A DNA stretch of 64,000 nucleotides from Patescibacteria group bacterium (GTDB taxonomy: Bacteria > Patescibacteriota > Minisyncoccia > Minisyncoccales > PWPS01), in NCBI GenBank assembly GCA_051745165.1, contig JBNJDU010000001.1, forward strand, positions 2,378-66,377, read 5' to 3'. A model generated the notes under the pieces. That model was not told where the DNA came from. It made no database searches and saw nothing but the letters and a program-made list of their open reading frames with translations. Made by a program: the position numbers and the translations under genes. Shown piece after piece: positions 1-8,683 of this stretch (position 1 is its first letter; every line of letters begins with the position of its first letter).

Positions 1-612
1 GATTTAAGCGATGGAAAAGATTCTTTTTCTCGATTCCAACCTGATAAAACTTTAATTTTAAAGTTAAAAGAAGAAGAAAAACTTTTAAGCGGTTTTGATA
101 AAGATACGCGATACTCTGTAAGAAGAGCAAAAAGAGAAGGGGTTGAGGTTAAAGAAACTACTAATTTGGACGCTTTTTACAGATTGTTAAAACTTGCAGC
201 TAAAAGACATAAATTTAACATTTATAGAAGGGAATATTTTGAAAAACTATTACAACTTGATTTAGCTCACCTTTTAGTTGCCAAGCATAAAAAAAATACA
301 TTGGCAGCTGCTTTTACAATATTTTTTGGGAATACTGCAACATATCTCCATGCTGGTTCTAGTAGAAAGAAAAGAGAAATGTGCGCTTCCAGCCTTTTAA
401 ACTTTGAAATTATGAATAAAGCATTCGATAAAGGTTTTGACAAGTATGATTTTTGGGGTATTGACGAAGAAAAAATGACGGGAGTAACTAAATTTAAAAA
501 AGGCTTTGGCGGAGAGCCGGTAGAATACCCAAAAGCAAGAGATATACCAATAAGTAGAAAGTATTTTGCTTATAAGCTAATTCATAAACTAAAAAGTATT
601 TATGAAAATTAA
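1..612 (+). CDS. FemAB-family peptidoglycan interpeptide-bridge aminoacyltransferase, 5'-truncated by window edge
   Basis: Frame 1 is open from nt 1 (DLSDGKDSFSRFQPDKTL...DTRYSVRRAKREGVEV) into the listed 166..612 ORF. The C-terminus WGIDEEKMTGVTKFKKGFGGEPVEY is FemX/FemAB-like and paralogous to the next gene. Confidence 0.75.
   Translation, partial: DLSDGKDSFSRFQPDKTLILKLKEEEKLLSGFDKDTRYSVRRAKREGVEVKETTNLDAFYRLLKLAAKRHKFNIYRREYFEKLLQLDLAHLLVAKHKKNTLAAAFTIFFGNTATYLHAGSSRKKREMCASSLLNFEIMNKAFDKGFDKYDFWGIDEEKMTGVTKFKKGFGGEPVEYPKARDIPISRKYFAYKLIHKLKSIYEN
453..542 (+). repeat. 90-nt tract near-identical to 1387..1476 (3' ends of the tandem FemAB paralogs)
   Basis: Base-by-base alignment at offset 934 gives 2 mismatches in 90 nt (positions 478 and 486). 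The flanking coding sequence is strongly diverged. Confidence 0.9.
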
Positions 613-1540
613 TAGCATTCAAGATAAAGAGCAGTGGGATGATTACTTGAAAGCTAATAATCATTCTTTTACTCAATCGATTGATTGGGGAGATTTTAAA
701 TCTAAAAACCAAAGAGTGGAAAGGATTGAAGCTAGAGAAGATGGCGAACTGATCGGTGTTTGTCAATTTTTAGAAGAAAATAATCCGTTTGGTGAATATT
801 TTTATATTCCTTACGGACCAGTTGGAAAAAACGAGAAAGTTAGAGAAAATTTATTAAAAGAAGTAGTAAAGATAGGGGAGAAAGAAGGAAAAACCTTTGT
901 CAAAGCTGAACCAACTCAAAAAATAACTACTGGAAAATCAACTCATCATAGAATACAACCTAAAAAAACTTTAGTTAGAGATATAACTGATGATCCGGAG
1001 CAGATATTAAACAGCTTTAAAGAAAACACTAGATACAGTGTTCGATATTCAAAGAGGAAAGGTGTTACAATTAAAAAAAGTGAAAATGAAGAAGATTTAG
1101 AAGAATTTTTTGAACTTTTAGAGAAAACAGAGGATCGGCAAGATTTTAATAGTTTTTCAAAGAAATATTTTAAGGATCTTTTAAATACAATTGATTCTAA
1201 TTTATTTTTAGCAGTTTCTAAAGAAGAGGATGTGGTTGCTAGTACGATTTTTGGCTACTTTGGAAAAACTGCAACCTCTTTACATTCTGCATTTGATTAT
1301 AGTAAAAGAAAACTTAGAGCTACTTCTTTGATTCGCTTTGAGGCAATTAAAGAAGCTAAAAGAAAAGGATGTATTAAATTTGATTCTTGGGGTATTGACG
1401 AAGAAAAAATGCCGGGAGTGACTAAATTTAAAAAAGGCTTTGGCGGAGAGCCGGTAGAATACCCAAAAGCAAGAGACGTAGCGATAAAGAAGCTTGTTTA
1501 TCAAGGCTATAATCTGGCCTCTAAAATTATTAAGAACTAA
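602..1540 (+). CDS. FemAB-family peptidoglycan interpeptide-bridge aminoacyltransferase
   Basis: 312-aa ORF. QSIDWGDFK, NTRYSVRYSKRKGV and the WGIDEEKMPGVTKFKKGFGGEPVEY end fit the FemAB family. Its start overlaps the upstream paralog. Confidence 0.8.
   Translation: MKINSIQDKEQWDDYLKANNHSFTQSIDWGDFKSKNQRVERIEAREDGELIGVCQFLEENNPFGEYFYIPYGPVGKNEKVRENLLKEVVKIGEKEGKTFVKAEPTQKITTGKSTHHRIQPKKTLVRDITDDPEQILNSFKENTRYSVRYSKRKGVTIKKSENEEDLEEFFELLEKTEDRQDFNSFSKKYFKDLLNTIDSNLFLAVSKEEDVVASTIFGYFGKTATSLHSAFDYSKRKLRATSLIRFEAIKEAKRKGCIKFDSWGIDEEKMPGVTKFKKGFGGEPVEYPKARDVAIKKLVYQGYNLASKIIKN
1387..1476 (+). repeat. second copy of the 90-nt FemAB 3' tract (see 453..542)
   Basis: Same alignment as for 453..542. 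Confidence 0.9.
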
Positions 1541-1553
1541 TACGGACAGTAAA

Positions 1554-2828
1554 ATGAAATCAGAAATATTAAAAAGAATTTTAAAGAAGATTACTGAAAA
1601 GATAATAGCGAAGTACAATCCACTTATAGTTGCCGTAACTGGAAGTGTAGGGAAGACTTCGACTAAAGATGCTATTCATATTACTTTGGATCGATATAAA
1701 AAGACAAGAAAAAGTAGTAGAAATTTAAACACCGAAATCGGAGCTCCGTTAGTATTTTTAGGAGTAGAGGAGCCTGGGCATGATATAAAAGAATGGTTTT
1801 TAATTTTAGCAAAGGGAATAAAATTAATCCTTAAAAAAGATAATAATTATCCAGAAATAATAGTGATGGAGATGGCTGCTGATAAGCTGGGAGATATTGA
1901 GTACTTAACCAGTTTTATAAAACCACATATTGGGGTAGTTACTGCTATTGGAGAAACACCGGTCCACTTAGAATTTTTTAAAAATGTAAATGAAGTAGTA
2001 AAAGAAAAATCTTTACTTGCTAAATATACTAAAAAGGGAGGCACTGTTCTTCTTAACGCTGATGACGGGAGAGTTTTTCAAATGAAAGGGAGAGCAAAAG
2101 CAAAAGTAAAAACATTTGGGCTTTCCAAAAGAGCAGAAATAAGAGCTAAAAACTTAAAATTTGTAGGTAATGAAGAACAGCCAAAAGGAGCTGAATTTTT
2201 AATCACTCATAAAACAGAAGAGCATACTGTAGAACTCCCAAATGTATTTGATGAAGGATCGGTTTATTCTGTTTTAGCGGCAATTGGTACTGGAATTGCA
2301 ATTGGTATTCCGGTTTATCGATTGGTTGAGTCTTGTAAAAAATACATGCCACCAAAAGGAAGAATGAGATTAATAGAAGGAGATGGATTTCATATTATAG
2401 ATAGCACTTATAATGCCGCTCCTAAATCTACTGAATTAGCAGTTAATACTATAAAAGAAATTCCTGCTAATAGAAAAGTGGCTGTATTAGGTGACATGCT
2501 TGAACTTGGAGAAGCCTCAGAAGAAGCGCATAAAAAAATTGGAGAAAAACTTAACTTTTTATCTGTATTAGTTACTATTGGTAAAGATTCTAAATTTATT
2601 GGAGAAGCGGCGAAAGAAAATGGATTTACTGGTGATGTATATCATTTTGAAGATTCTGATCAAGCAGCAAAAAAACTTGATGAAATTGTTCAAAAAAAGG
2701 ACCTAGTTTTAGTAAAGGGATCTCAATCTATCAGAACCGAAAAAGTAGTAGAAAAATTAATGACAGGTGATCCTAAGAACCAGCTCGTAAGACAATATTA
2801 TCCATGGAAAAATAATGGGGAGAGTTAA
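1554..2828 (+). CDS. murF: UDP-N-acetylmuramoyl-tripeptide--D-alanyl-D-alanine ligase
   Basis: Mur-ligase P-loop VTGSVGKTSTKD, DSTYNAAPKS and the MurF hallmark VLGDMLELG. I moved the start to ATG 1554, after the upstream stop at 1540; the ORF track starts at 1494. Confidence 0.85.
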   Translation: MKSEILKRILKKITEKIIAKYNPLIVAVTGSVGKTSTKDAIHITLDRYKKTRKSSRNLNTEIGAPLVFLGVEEPGHDIKEWFLILAKGIKLILKKDNNYPEIIVMEMAADKLGDIEYLTSFIKPHIGVVTAIGETPVHLEFFKNVNEVVKEKSLLAKYTKKGGTVLLNADDGRVFQMKGRAKAKVKTFGLSKRAEIRAKNLKFVGNEEQPKGAEFLITHKTEEHTVELPNVFDEGSVYSVLAAIGTGIAIGIPVYRLVESCKKYMPPKGRMRLIEGDGFHIIDSTYNAAPKSTELAVNTIKEIPANRKVAVLGDMLELGEASEEAHKKIGEKLNFLSVLVTIGKDSKFIGEAAKENGFTGDVYHFEDSDQAAKKLDEIVQKKDLVLVKGSQSIRTEKVVEKLMTGDPKNQLVRQYYPWKNNGES

Positions 2829-3594
2829 AAGAACTTATAGTAAAAAAAAGAAAAAGTCGATTTTTAAGTCCAGAGTATTTTGGATTGTCTTGATTCTATT
2901 TAGTTCTATTTCTTTTTTTCTATACTTACTTCTTTTTAATTCGTTTTATCAATTAAAAGATGTTAAGTTAAATGGGGCGGAGCTAACAACTGAAAGTAGT
3001 TTAGTTAATTTCGTTAAGCGTAATTCTAAAAAGAAATTTATCTTTGAAAGCAATAGTTTGTTATTTAGTTCTAATTTTTCCCTAAAAGATAATATTTTAG
3101 ATTCTTATCCTCATATAGAAGGAGTAGATATAGAAAAAATATTTCCAGAAACATTAAAAGTTTCAATAACTGAAAGGGAAGAGGCGGCAATCTGGTGCAA
3201 AGGGAAGGACATTTATAAAACTTGCTATAAAATTGATGACCAAGGAGTGGCTTATCAGATGGTTGAATTTGATGAGGATCATTTTGAAATTGATCAACAA
3301 ATTGAAGGAGATGTTACTTTAGGGAAGAAAACTTTAAGTGGTGAAAAAATTAGTTTTATTTTTAAAGCCAAAGAAGAAGTAGAAGAGTTTTTTGAATTAG
3401 AAAGAATGGTTATCCCTCACGCAAGGAGTCTTTATACAGAAACTGAGGAGGGGTTTGAAATTAGATTAGACTTTAAGAGTGAGTTAGAGGATCAAATTGA
3501 AAGATTAGATATTTTACTTAGTGAGGAAATAGAAGAAGTTGACGGTCTAGAATACATCGACCTTAGATACGTAAACAGTGTATATTATAAATAA
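2815..3594 (+). CDS. FtsQ/DivIB-like cell-division protein (N-terminal TM helix plus POTRA-like region)
   Basis: Basic N-terminus, one TM helix (VFWIVLILFSSISFFLYLLLF), then LKDVKLNGAE...V POTRA-like strands. It directly follows murF. Confidence 0.5.
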   Translation: MGRVKRTYSKKKKKSIFKSRVFWIVLILFSSISFFLYLLLFNSFYQLKDVKLNGAELTTESSLVNFVKRNSKKKFIFESNSLLFSSNFSLKDNILDSYPHIEGVDIEKIFPETLKVSITEREEAAIWCKGKDIYKTCYKIDDQGVAYQMVEFDEDHFEIDQQIEGDVTLGKKTLSGEKISFIFKAKEEVEEFFELERMVIPHARSLYTETEEGFEIRLDFKSELEDQIERLDILLSEEIEEVDGLEYIDLRYVNSVYYK

Positions 3595-3600
3595 ATTAAT

Positions 3601-4866
3601 ATGAATTTAAGTGGTGAAATAAGAGAAGCTTTGGACTTGATGGAGAAATCAAACAAACATTTCTTTATTACCGGAAAAGCGGGAACTGGAAAGTCAACAT
3701 TAGTTCAACAGTTTAAAGAACAAACAACTAAAAATGTTGCAATTTTAGCACCAACTGGAGTTGCATCAGTTAATGTAGGAGGGCAAACAATCCACTCATT
3801 TTTTGGATTTAAACCGGGAGTTAGTCCTGATAATATAGAAAAAACTTATAGACGTAGAAAATTATATAAAAGCTTAGACACATTAGTAATTGACGAGGTT
3901 TCCATGGTCAGAGCCGACCTACTGGATTGTATTGGCAGATTTTTGCAGATTAACGGTCCTAAAGATGAACTTTTCGGAGGGGTGCAAATTATAATGGTTG
4001 GCGACCTTTATCAATTACCTCCGGTTCTTCCTAATCACGAAAAGGATTTTTATCATATGAGATATAAAACTCCTTACTTTTTTTCTTCCAAGCAATTTAA
4101 AAAGATAGATCCTACTTTTATAAAGCTAAGAACTGTGCACAGACAATCTGATTCTGATTTTATATCTATATTAAACCGGGTAAGGAGTGGTAATATAAAG
4201 CAAAGTGATTTAAAAAAATTAAATGAAAACGTGCAGGATAGTTTTGACTTTAATGAAGATGGAGTCTTTTTAACCACAACCAATCGAAAGGCAAATAAAA
4301 TAAACTCAACTCAGCTTAAGAAACTCAGCACCAAAGAATATAAATTTAAAGGAAGCATCAAGGGGAGCTTTCCAAAATCACATCTACCAACTAGTGACGA
4401 ATTAGTGCTTAAAGAAGGAGCTAGGGTAATGCTTTTAAACAATGATTCGGAAGGAAGATGGATTAATGGTGATGTTGGTGAAGTAATAGAAATAGAAAAA
4501 TCTGGAGATCCGATTATAAGAGTTAGATTGGATGAGGGTAGAGTAGTGAAGGTAACAGAAAACAAATGGGAAAGAATCAAGTTTAATTATGATAAAAGAA
4601 ACGACGAAATAAAATCAGAAGAAGTTGGTTCATTTCATCAACTTCCGATTAGACTTTCTTGGGCGGTAACAATACACAAATCTCAAGGAAAGACTTTTAA
4701 AAAAGCAATGATTGACTTTCAAAGAGGAACTTTTTCTCACGGACAAGCTTATGTTGCACTTAGTAGATGCACCGGATTGGACGGTCTTTCTCTGCGAAGG
4801 CCAATTAGGCGCAGTGATATTATAGTAGACTCCAAGGTAACTAAATTTTTAAAAAAATTAGAATGA
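3601..4866 (+). CDS. PIF1/RecD-family SF1B DNA helicase
   Basis: Walker A GKAGTGKST, Walker B LVIDEVSMV, VGDLYQLPPV, WAVTIHKSQGKTF and AYVALSRCT. Confidence 0.8.
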   Translation: MNLSGEIREALDLMEKSNKHFFITGKAGTGKSTLVQQFKEQTTKNVAILAPTGVASVNVGGQTIHSFFGFKPGVSPDNIEKTYRRRKLYKSLDTLVIDEVSMVRADLLDCIGRFLQINGPKDELFGGVQIIMVGDLYQLPPVLPNHEKDFYHMRYKTPYFFSSKQFKKIDPTFIKLRTVHRQSDSDFISILNRVRSGNIKQSDLKKLNENVQDSFDFNEDGVFLTTTNRKANKINSTQLKKLSTKEYKFKGSIKGSFPKSHLPTSDELVLKEGARVMLLNNDSEGRWINGDVGEVIEIEKSGDPIIRVRLDEGRVVKVTENKWERIKFNYDKRNDEIKSEEVGSFHQLPIRLSWAVTIHKSQGKTFKKAMIDFQRGTFSHGQAYVALSRCTGLDGLSLRRPIRRSDIIVDSKVTKFLKKLE

Positions 4867-6008
4867 AACCTTTAGCACATAAAATAAGGCCTACTTCTTT
4901 AAAAGAGTTTGTTGGGCAAGAACATTTAGTAGGGAAGGGCAAGCCTTTAAAAGAAGCAATTGAAAAGGAACACCTTTTCTCCTTTATATTATGGGGTCCA
5001 CCAGGAACAGGAAAAACAACCTATGCTCATATATACGCTGATAGTTTAGATGGAGAAATATTTAATCTTTCTGGCGTGTCAGCAAAAAAAGATCACATGA
5101 GAGAAATAGTAAAGCTTGATTTTGGAAACCATCCCAAGATAATATTTTTAGATGAAATTCATAGACTAAATAAAGCTCAGCAAGACTTTCTTTTGCCTTA
5201 TGTTGAATCAGGAGAAGTAACCTTGATTGGAGCTACTACTGAAAACCCAAGTTTTGAAGTAATCTCAGCTCTACTTTCTAGATGTAGAGTGTTTCAGTTT
5301 AAGCCACTTACCGATAAGGAAATAAAAAAGATTTTGGACCGAACAGATTTTGAACTGTCTGCAGACGAAAAATCTTGGCTTGCTTCAGTGGCAAACGGAG
5401 ATGGAAGGCAGGCGTTAACTATATTAGAAAATACACAAAAACTTTATGGAGAAATAAATCTTGATAATCTTCGAGCTAGTCTTCAAAAAGCACACATCAG
5501 ACATGATAAAAAGGGGTCCGGTCACTACGATACAATTTCTGCTTTTATAAAATCAATGCGAGCTAGTCAACCAGATGCTGCTTTGTATTATTTATCCAGA
5601 ATGATAAAAGCTGGTGAAGACCCTAAGTATATTGCTAGAAGAATGGTTATTTTTGCCTCCGAAGATGTTGGGATGGCAAAACCAACTGCTTTGGTAGTTG
5701 CTAATGAGGTTTTCAGAGCCGTAGAGACGGTAGGACTTCCAGAGGCGGGAATTAACTTAGCTCATGGAGTAGTTTATCTATCTAAGTGTAAAAAGGACAG
5801 AAGCGCTTACAACGGCTACAAAAAAGCCTTAAAAGACGTAGAAAAATATGGAAACTTAGAAATCCCTCTAAAAATAAGAAATGCTCAAACTGACTTAATG
5901 AAAGAAAAAGGTTATGGTGAAGGCTATGAAATGTATTCTGATAAGAGTTTCCTTCCAGAAAAAATAAAAAATAAAAAATACTACAAAGGAAATGAAATGG
6001 AGTCCTAA
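4863..6008 (+). CDS. rarA: replication-associated recombination protein A (AAA+ ATPase)
   Basis: PLAHKIRPTSLKEFVGQEHL, WGPPGTGKTT, FLDEIHRLNKAQQD, GDGRQALTILE and ARRMVIFASEDVG. Confidence 0.85.
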   Translation: MKPLAHKIRPTSLKEFVGQEHLVGKGKPLKEAIEKEHLFSFILWGPPGTGKTTYAHIYADSLDGEIFNLSGVSAKKDHMREIVKLDFGNHPKIIFLDEIHRLNKAQQDFLLPYVESGEVTLIGATTENPSFEVISALLSRCRVFQFKPLTDKEIKKILDRTDFELSADEKSWLASVANGDGRQALTILENTQKLYGEINLDNLRASLQKAHIRHDKKGSGHYDTISAFIKSMRASQPDAALYYLSRMIKAGEDPKYIARRMVIFASEDVGMAKPTALVVANEVFRAVETVGLPEAGINLAHGVVYLSKCKKDRSAYNGYKKALKDVEKYGNLEIPLKIRNAQTDLMKEKGYGEGYEMYSDKSFLPEKIKNKKYYKGNEMES

Positions 6009-6357
6009 AAATTTATTTACTAACAGATTAAGAAGAAGTTATTTTATTTTAGGGACTTTTCTGGTCAATCTACCTGTTGGAATATTTTTAATGTATTATT
6101 TTGGCGAGTTAAGATTTAGTTTATATAAAGAATTATGGCTAATAGTGGCTATCTGTTTATTTGGAATGTTTTCTCTTATAGCTAGGCGACTTCATGATAT
6201 GAGCAAATCAGCAGGCTGGAGTATTTTATTTGTTTTACCAATGATTAATATTCTATTTTTATTTTTATTATTTATATATCCTGGAACGGATGGTAAAAAT
6301 AATTATGGAGAATTAAAAAGTAGGGGAGTATTAAAAGAGGTTTTAAATATAAATTAA
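5992..6357 (+). CDS. DUF805-like small membrane protein
   Basis: Three predicted TM helices and the DUF805-type RRLHDMSKSAGW motif. Confidence 0.55.
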   Translation: MKWSPKNLFTNRLRRSYFILGTFLVNLPVGIFLMYYFGELRFSLYKELWLIVAICLFGMFSLIARRLHDMSKSAGWSILFVLPMINILFLFLLFIYPGTDGKNNYGELKSRGVLKEVLNIN

Positions 6358-6359
6358 AA

Positions 6360-6383
6360 CGGCTCATTTATGAGCCGCTTTTT
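6360..6383. terminator. intrinsic terminator hairpin shared by convergent genes
   Basis: CGGCTCA-TTTA-TGAGCCG followed by a T-run, with an A/T run on the other side. Confidence 0.6.
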
Positions 6384-6606
6384 CTTCTAAGATCTCTTTC
6401 TTAATTTTAGTTATTCTATTGTTGATTTTATGCAATCTATTTATAGCATTATCAATATCTTCTAATTCATTAGCAGAATCTAAAGCATTATGAGCATCGT
6501 TCCAGTCTGACACTGCTTTATCAAATTTTAGTTTCAGTTCTTTTAGTTTCGGGGTTAGATTATCTTTTTCCAGCAAGTAGTACAGATTTATTTTATTAAG
6601 TTCCAC
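6364..6606 (-). CDS. hypothetical 80-aa coiled-coil protein (GTG start)
   Basis: AAGGAGGGG SD lies 6 nt before the GTG. Upstream is TTGCTT-16-TGTATAAT, and a terminator follows the gene. Confidence 0.5.
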   Translation of the reverse strand: MELNKINLYYLLEKDNLTPKLKELKLKFDKAVSDWNDAHNALDSANELEDIDNAINRLHKINNRITKIKKEILEEKAAHK

Positions 6607-6758
6607 TGTAATCCCCTCCTTAATGAATATTATACAATTAATTTTAGTAAAAGCAAATAAAACTTTCTTATTTTTTTATTTTCCCTATAATGAAAAAAGG
6701 AATGTAAAAATTTATTTAAGCAAGTAGCAGTTATAATTGATAAAATAGTTAACAATCC

Positions 6759-7505
6759 ATGACCTTACCGATAGAATCATTATTTGGTTCAATACAATTT
6801 TTTATATCAGTCTTTATTGCTTATAAATTATATCAATCGACTAAGAGAAGGCCTAAAAACATCAATATAAAGTATTTCTTTTATACATTTATTTTATTAT
6901 CAGCTGTTTTTGCGTTTAGTGCCATTTCAATAGCTAGCACTGCCAATTTTAGAACGGACTTCTTGATTTCTGCTGTCAATATAATGGGAAGAGGGTTTAT
7001 ACTTTTAGGAGTGATGTTTTTTGCTTATATTCCTTTAAATATACTTAAAGATAAGTTCTGGAAAGGAGTATTACCATTTTTAGTACTTATTGTTGCAGTT
7101 TTAAGTAATTTATTTTCAATGATGAGTCTTTTTAATCATCCAAGGACTCCTGTTGAAGGTATTGGATCTTTTGTTATACGGGTACATCGTGCAGATATAT
7201 ATACTACTGTTGGAATTGCTACTATTGGACTAACAGCTATATTCTGTTTACTTCTTGCTAGTTATAAACATATGAAAGTAGTTTATAAAGATATAGATGA
7301 CCCTTATGTTTTCAAAAGAGGATTATTAACAGTTGGAGCTGCTCTCTTTTTTGCAATCGGGATTGGATGTAATTATCTGATAGCTTTAGCTTATCCAGTT
7401 GTTGGAAGATTAACAAGTGAGTTTTTCTACCTCTTTGCTTTAATTGCTTTTCTTGCAAGTGTTTTATATAGAAAGGAAGGCTCTTCTTTAGCTACTGATG
7501 TCTAA
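6759..7505 (+). CDS. hypothetical polytopic membrane protein
   Basis: 248-aa ORF with about 7 hydrophobic helices and no recognised motif. Confidence 0.5.
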   Translation: MTLPIESLFGSIQFFISVFIAYKLYQSTKRRPKNINIKYFFYTFILLSAVFAFSAISIASTANFRTDFLISAVNIMGRGFILLGVMFFAYIPLNILKDKFWKGVLPFLVLIVAVLSNLFSMMSLFNHPRTPVEGIGSFVIRVHRADIYTTVGIATIGLTAIFCLLLASYKHMKVVYKDIDDPYVFKRGLLTVGAALFFAIGIGCNYLIALAYPVVGRLTSEFFYLFALIAFLASVLYRKEGSSLATDV

Positions 7506-7524
7506 ATTAAATATATAATAAAAT

Positions 7525-7560
7525 AAAAAAGCACCGAGAAATAAATCTCGGTGCTTTTTA
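7525..7560. terminator. bidirectional intrinsic terminator
   Basis: 9-bp stem GCACCGAGA-aataaa-TCTCGGTGC flanked by an A-run and a T-run, between convergent genes. Confidence 0.75.
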
Positions 7561-7575
7561 TTTACTATAAAAAGA

Positions 7576-8160
7576 TTAGTATTCTTCACATTTAAGCTTA
7601 TAGTAAGATCGAGGATGGTCGCAAGAAGGGCAAACTTCAGGAGGAGTTTTTCCTTTGTGAACTCTACCACATTCAAGACAAACCCATTCAACTTCTTCTT
7701 CTTTTTCGAAAAATGTTCCGTTTTTAACTTGTTCTAAAAGTTTTCGATATCTTTCTTCATGATATTCTTCTGATTCGGCAACAGCTCTGAGTCGGGCTGC
7801 TACCTTTGGATAACCTTCTTCTTCTGCCACCTTCGCAAATTCAGGATACATCTCGCCGTTTTCATAACTTTCTCCATCAATCGCAGATTGTAAGTTTTCG
7901 GCAGTATCTCCCAAAATAGAGTTAAAATCTGCTTCTACTTCTATATCAGTAATATCTAATTTTTTATCTTCTTTAATCTGATTAAACATTCTCATCATCC
8001 ATTTGGCGTGTTGCTTTTCGTGCTCAGCTGTTTCATTGAATATTTGAGAAATTTGAACATAGCCTTCTTTTTTAGCCAAAGAAGCGTACATGTTATATCT
8101 ATTTCTTGCTTGGCTTTCACCAATAAATGCTTTTGCTAAATTTTTAAGTGTTTGATCCAT
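7576..8160 (-). CDS. rbr: rubrerythrin
   Basis: Ferritin-like diiron ExxH motifs ([16 protein letters not shown]) plus a C-terminal rubredoxin-type CLECG...CPSCDHP. Confidence 0.9.
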   Translation of the reverse strand: MDQTLKNLAKAFIGESQARNRYNMYASLAKKEGYVQISQIFNETAEHEKQHAKWMMRMFNQIKEDKKLDITDIEVEADFNSILGDTAENLQSAIDGESYENGEMYPEFAKVAEEEGYPKVAARLRAVAESEEYHEERYRKLLEQVKNGTFFEKEEEVEWVCLECGRVHKGKTPPEVCPSCDHPRSYYKLKCEEY

Positions 8161-8168
8161 ATTTTTGT

Positions 8169-8185
8169 AATTAAAAGTTTTAATT
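8169..8185. promoter_or_regulatory. perfect 8-1-8 palindrome AATTAAAA-g-TTTTAATT, candidate Fur/PerR-type box upstream of rbr
   Basis: It lies in the 36-nt gap between the Fur-family gene and rbr. It shares the TAATTAA half-site with 8569..8584. Confidence 0.4.
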
Positions 8186-8196
8186 TTACCGACCTT

Positions 8197-8568
8197 TTAA
8201 TTTTTACAGTCTTTACAAAGTCCGCAAAATACTATTCTGCAAGTAGAAATTTCTCCAACATTTAAATCTTCAGCATCGGGAATTGAAAATTCATCAGCAA
8301 TATCAATTATTTTATCACACTCGGTACAAATAAAATGGGGGTGAGGTTTGTGGTTGTAATCCCAGCGAGATACCTTTGTAGGAATTTCTTGAATTTTACC
8401 CTTGTCTTTAAAATTTCTAAGTATTCTATATACTGTTGCTTTTGAAATGCTAGGTAATTCTTCTTTAACATTATCATAAACCTTCTCTGCAGAAGGGTGG
8501 CAACAGGTTGAAGATAAATAATCTTCAACAACTTCTTTTTGTTTGGTTTGTCGTTCTATTGTACTCAT
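8197..8568 (-). CDS. Fur-family metalloregulator, PerR-like by context
   Basis: Winged-helix ATVYRILRNF, HPHFICTECDKI and C-terminal CGLCKDC (two CxxC pairs). It is directly upstream of rubrerythrin. Confidence 0.8.
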   Translation of the reverse strand: MSTIERQTKQKEVVEDYLSSTCCHPSAEKVYDNVKEELPSISKATVYRILRNFKDKGKIQEIPTKVSRWDYNHKPHPHFICTECDKIIDIADEFSIPDAEDLNVGEISTCRIVFCGLCKDCKN

Positions 8569-8584
8569 TAATTAATATTAATTA
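8569..8584. promoter_or_regulatory. perfect 16-bp palindrome TAATTAATATTAATTA abutting the Fur-family start codon, candidate autoregulatory operator
   Basis: The sequence is its own reverse complement. It falls at about +2 to +18 of the predicted minus-strand promoter. Confidence 0.35.
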
Positions 8585-8592
8585 CTATTAAT

Positions 8593-8620
8593 AGTTTATT
8601 TAATTATAGGAATATGTCAA
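8593..8620 (-). promoter_or_regulatory. candidate sigma70 promoter for the Fur-family/rbr operon
   Basis: On the minus strand it reads TTGACA-16-TAAACT. It sits back-to-back with the plus-strand promoter at 8626. Confidence 0.4.
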
Positions 8621-8625
8621 CCTTT

Positions 8626-8654
8626 TTGATATTTATAATATAAAGTTGTATAAT
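8626..8654 (+). promoter_or_regulatory. sigma70 promoter TTGATA-17-TATAAT with TG upstream
   Basis: Read directly from the sequence. It lies 30 nt upstream of the SD and GTG of 8684. Confidence 0.6.
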
Positions 8655-8683
8655 GATTTACTATAAAAGAGGAGGGGTTTAAA

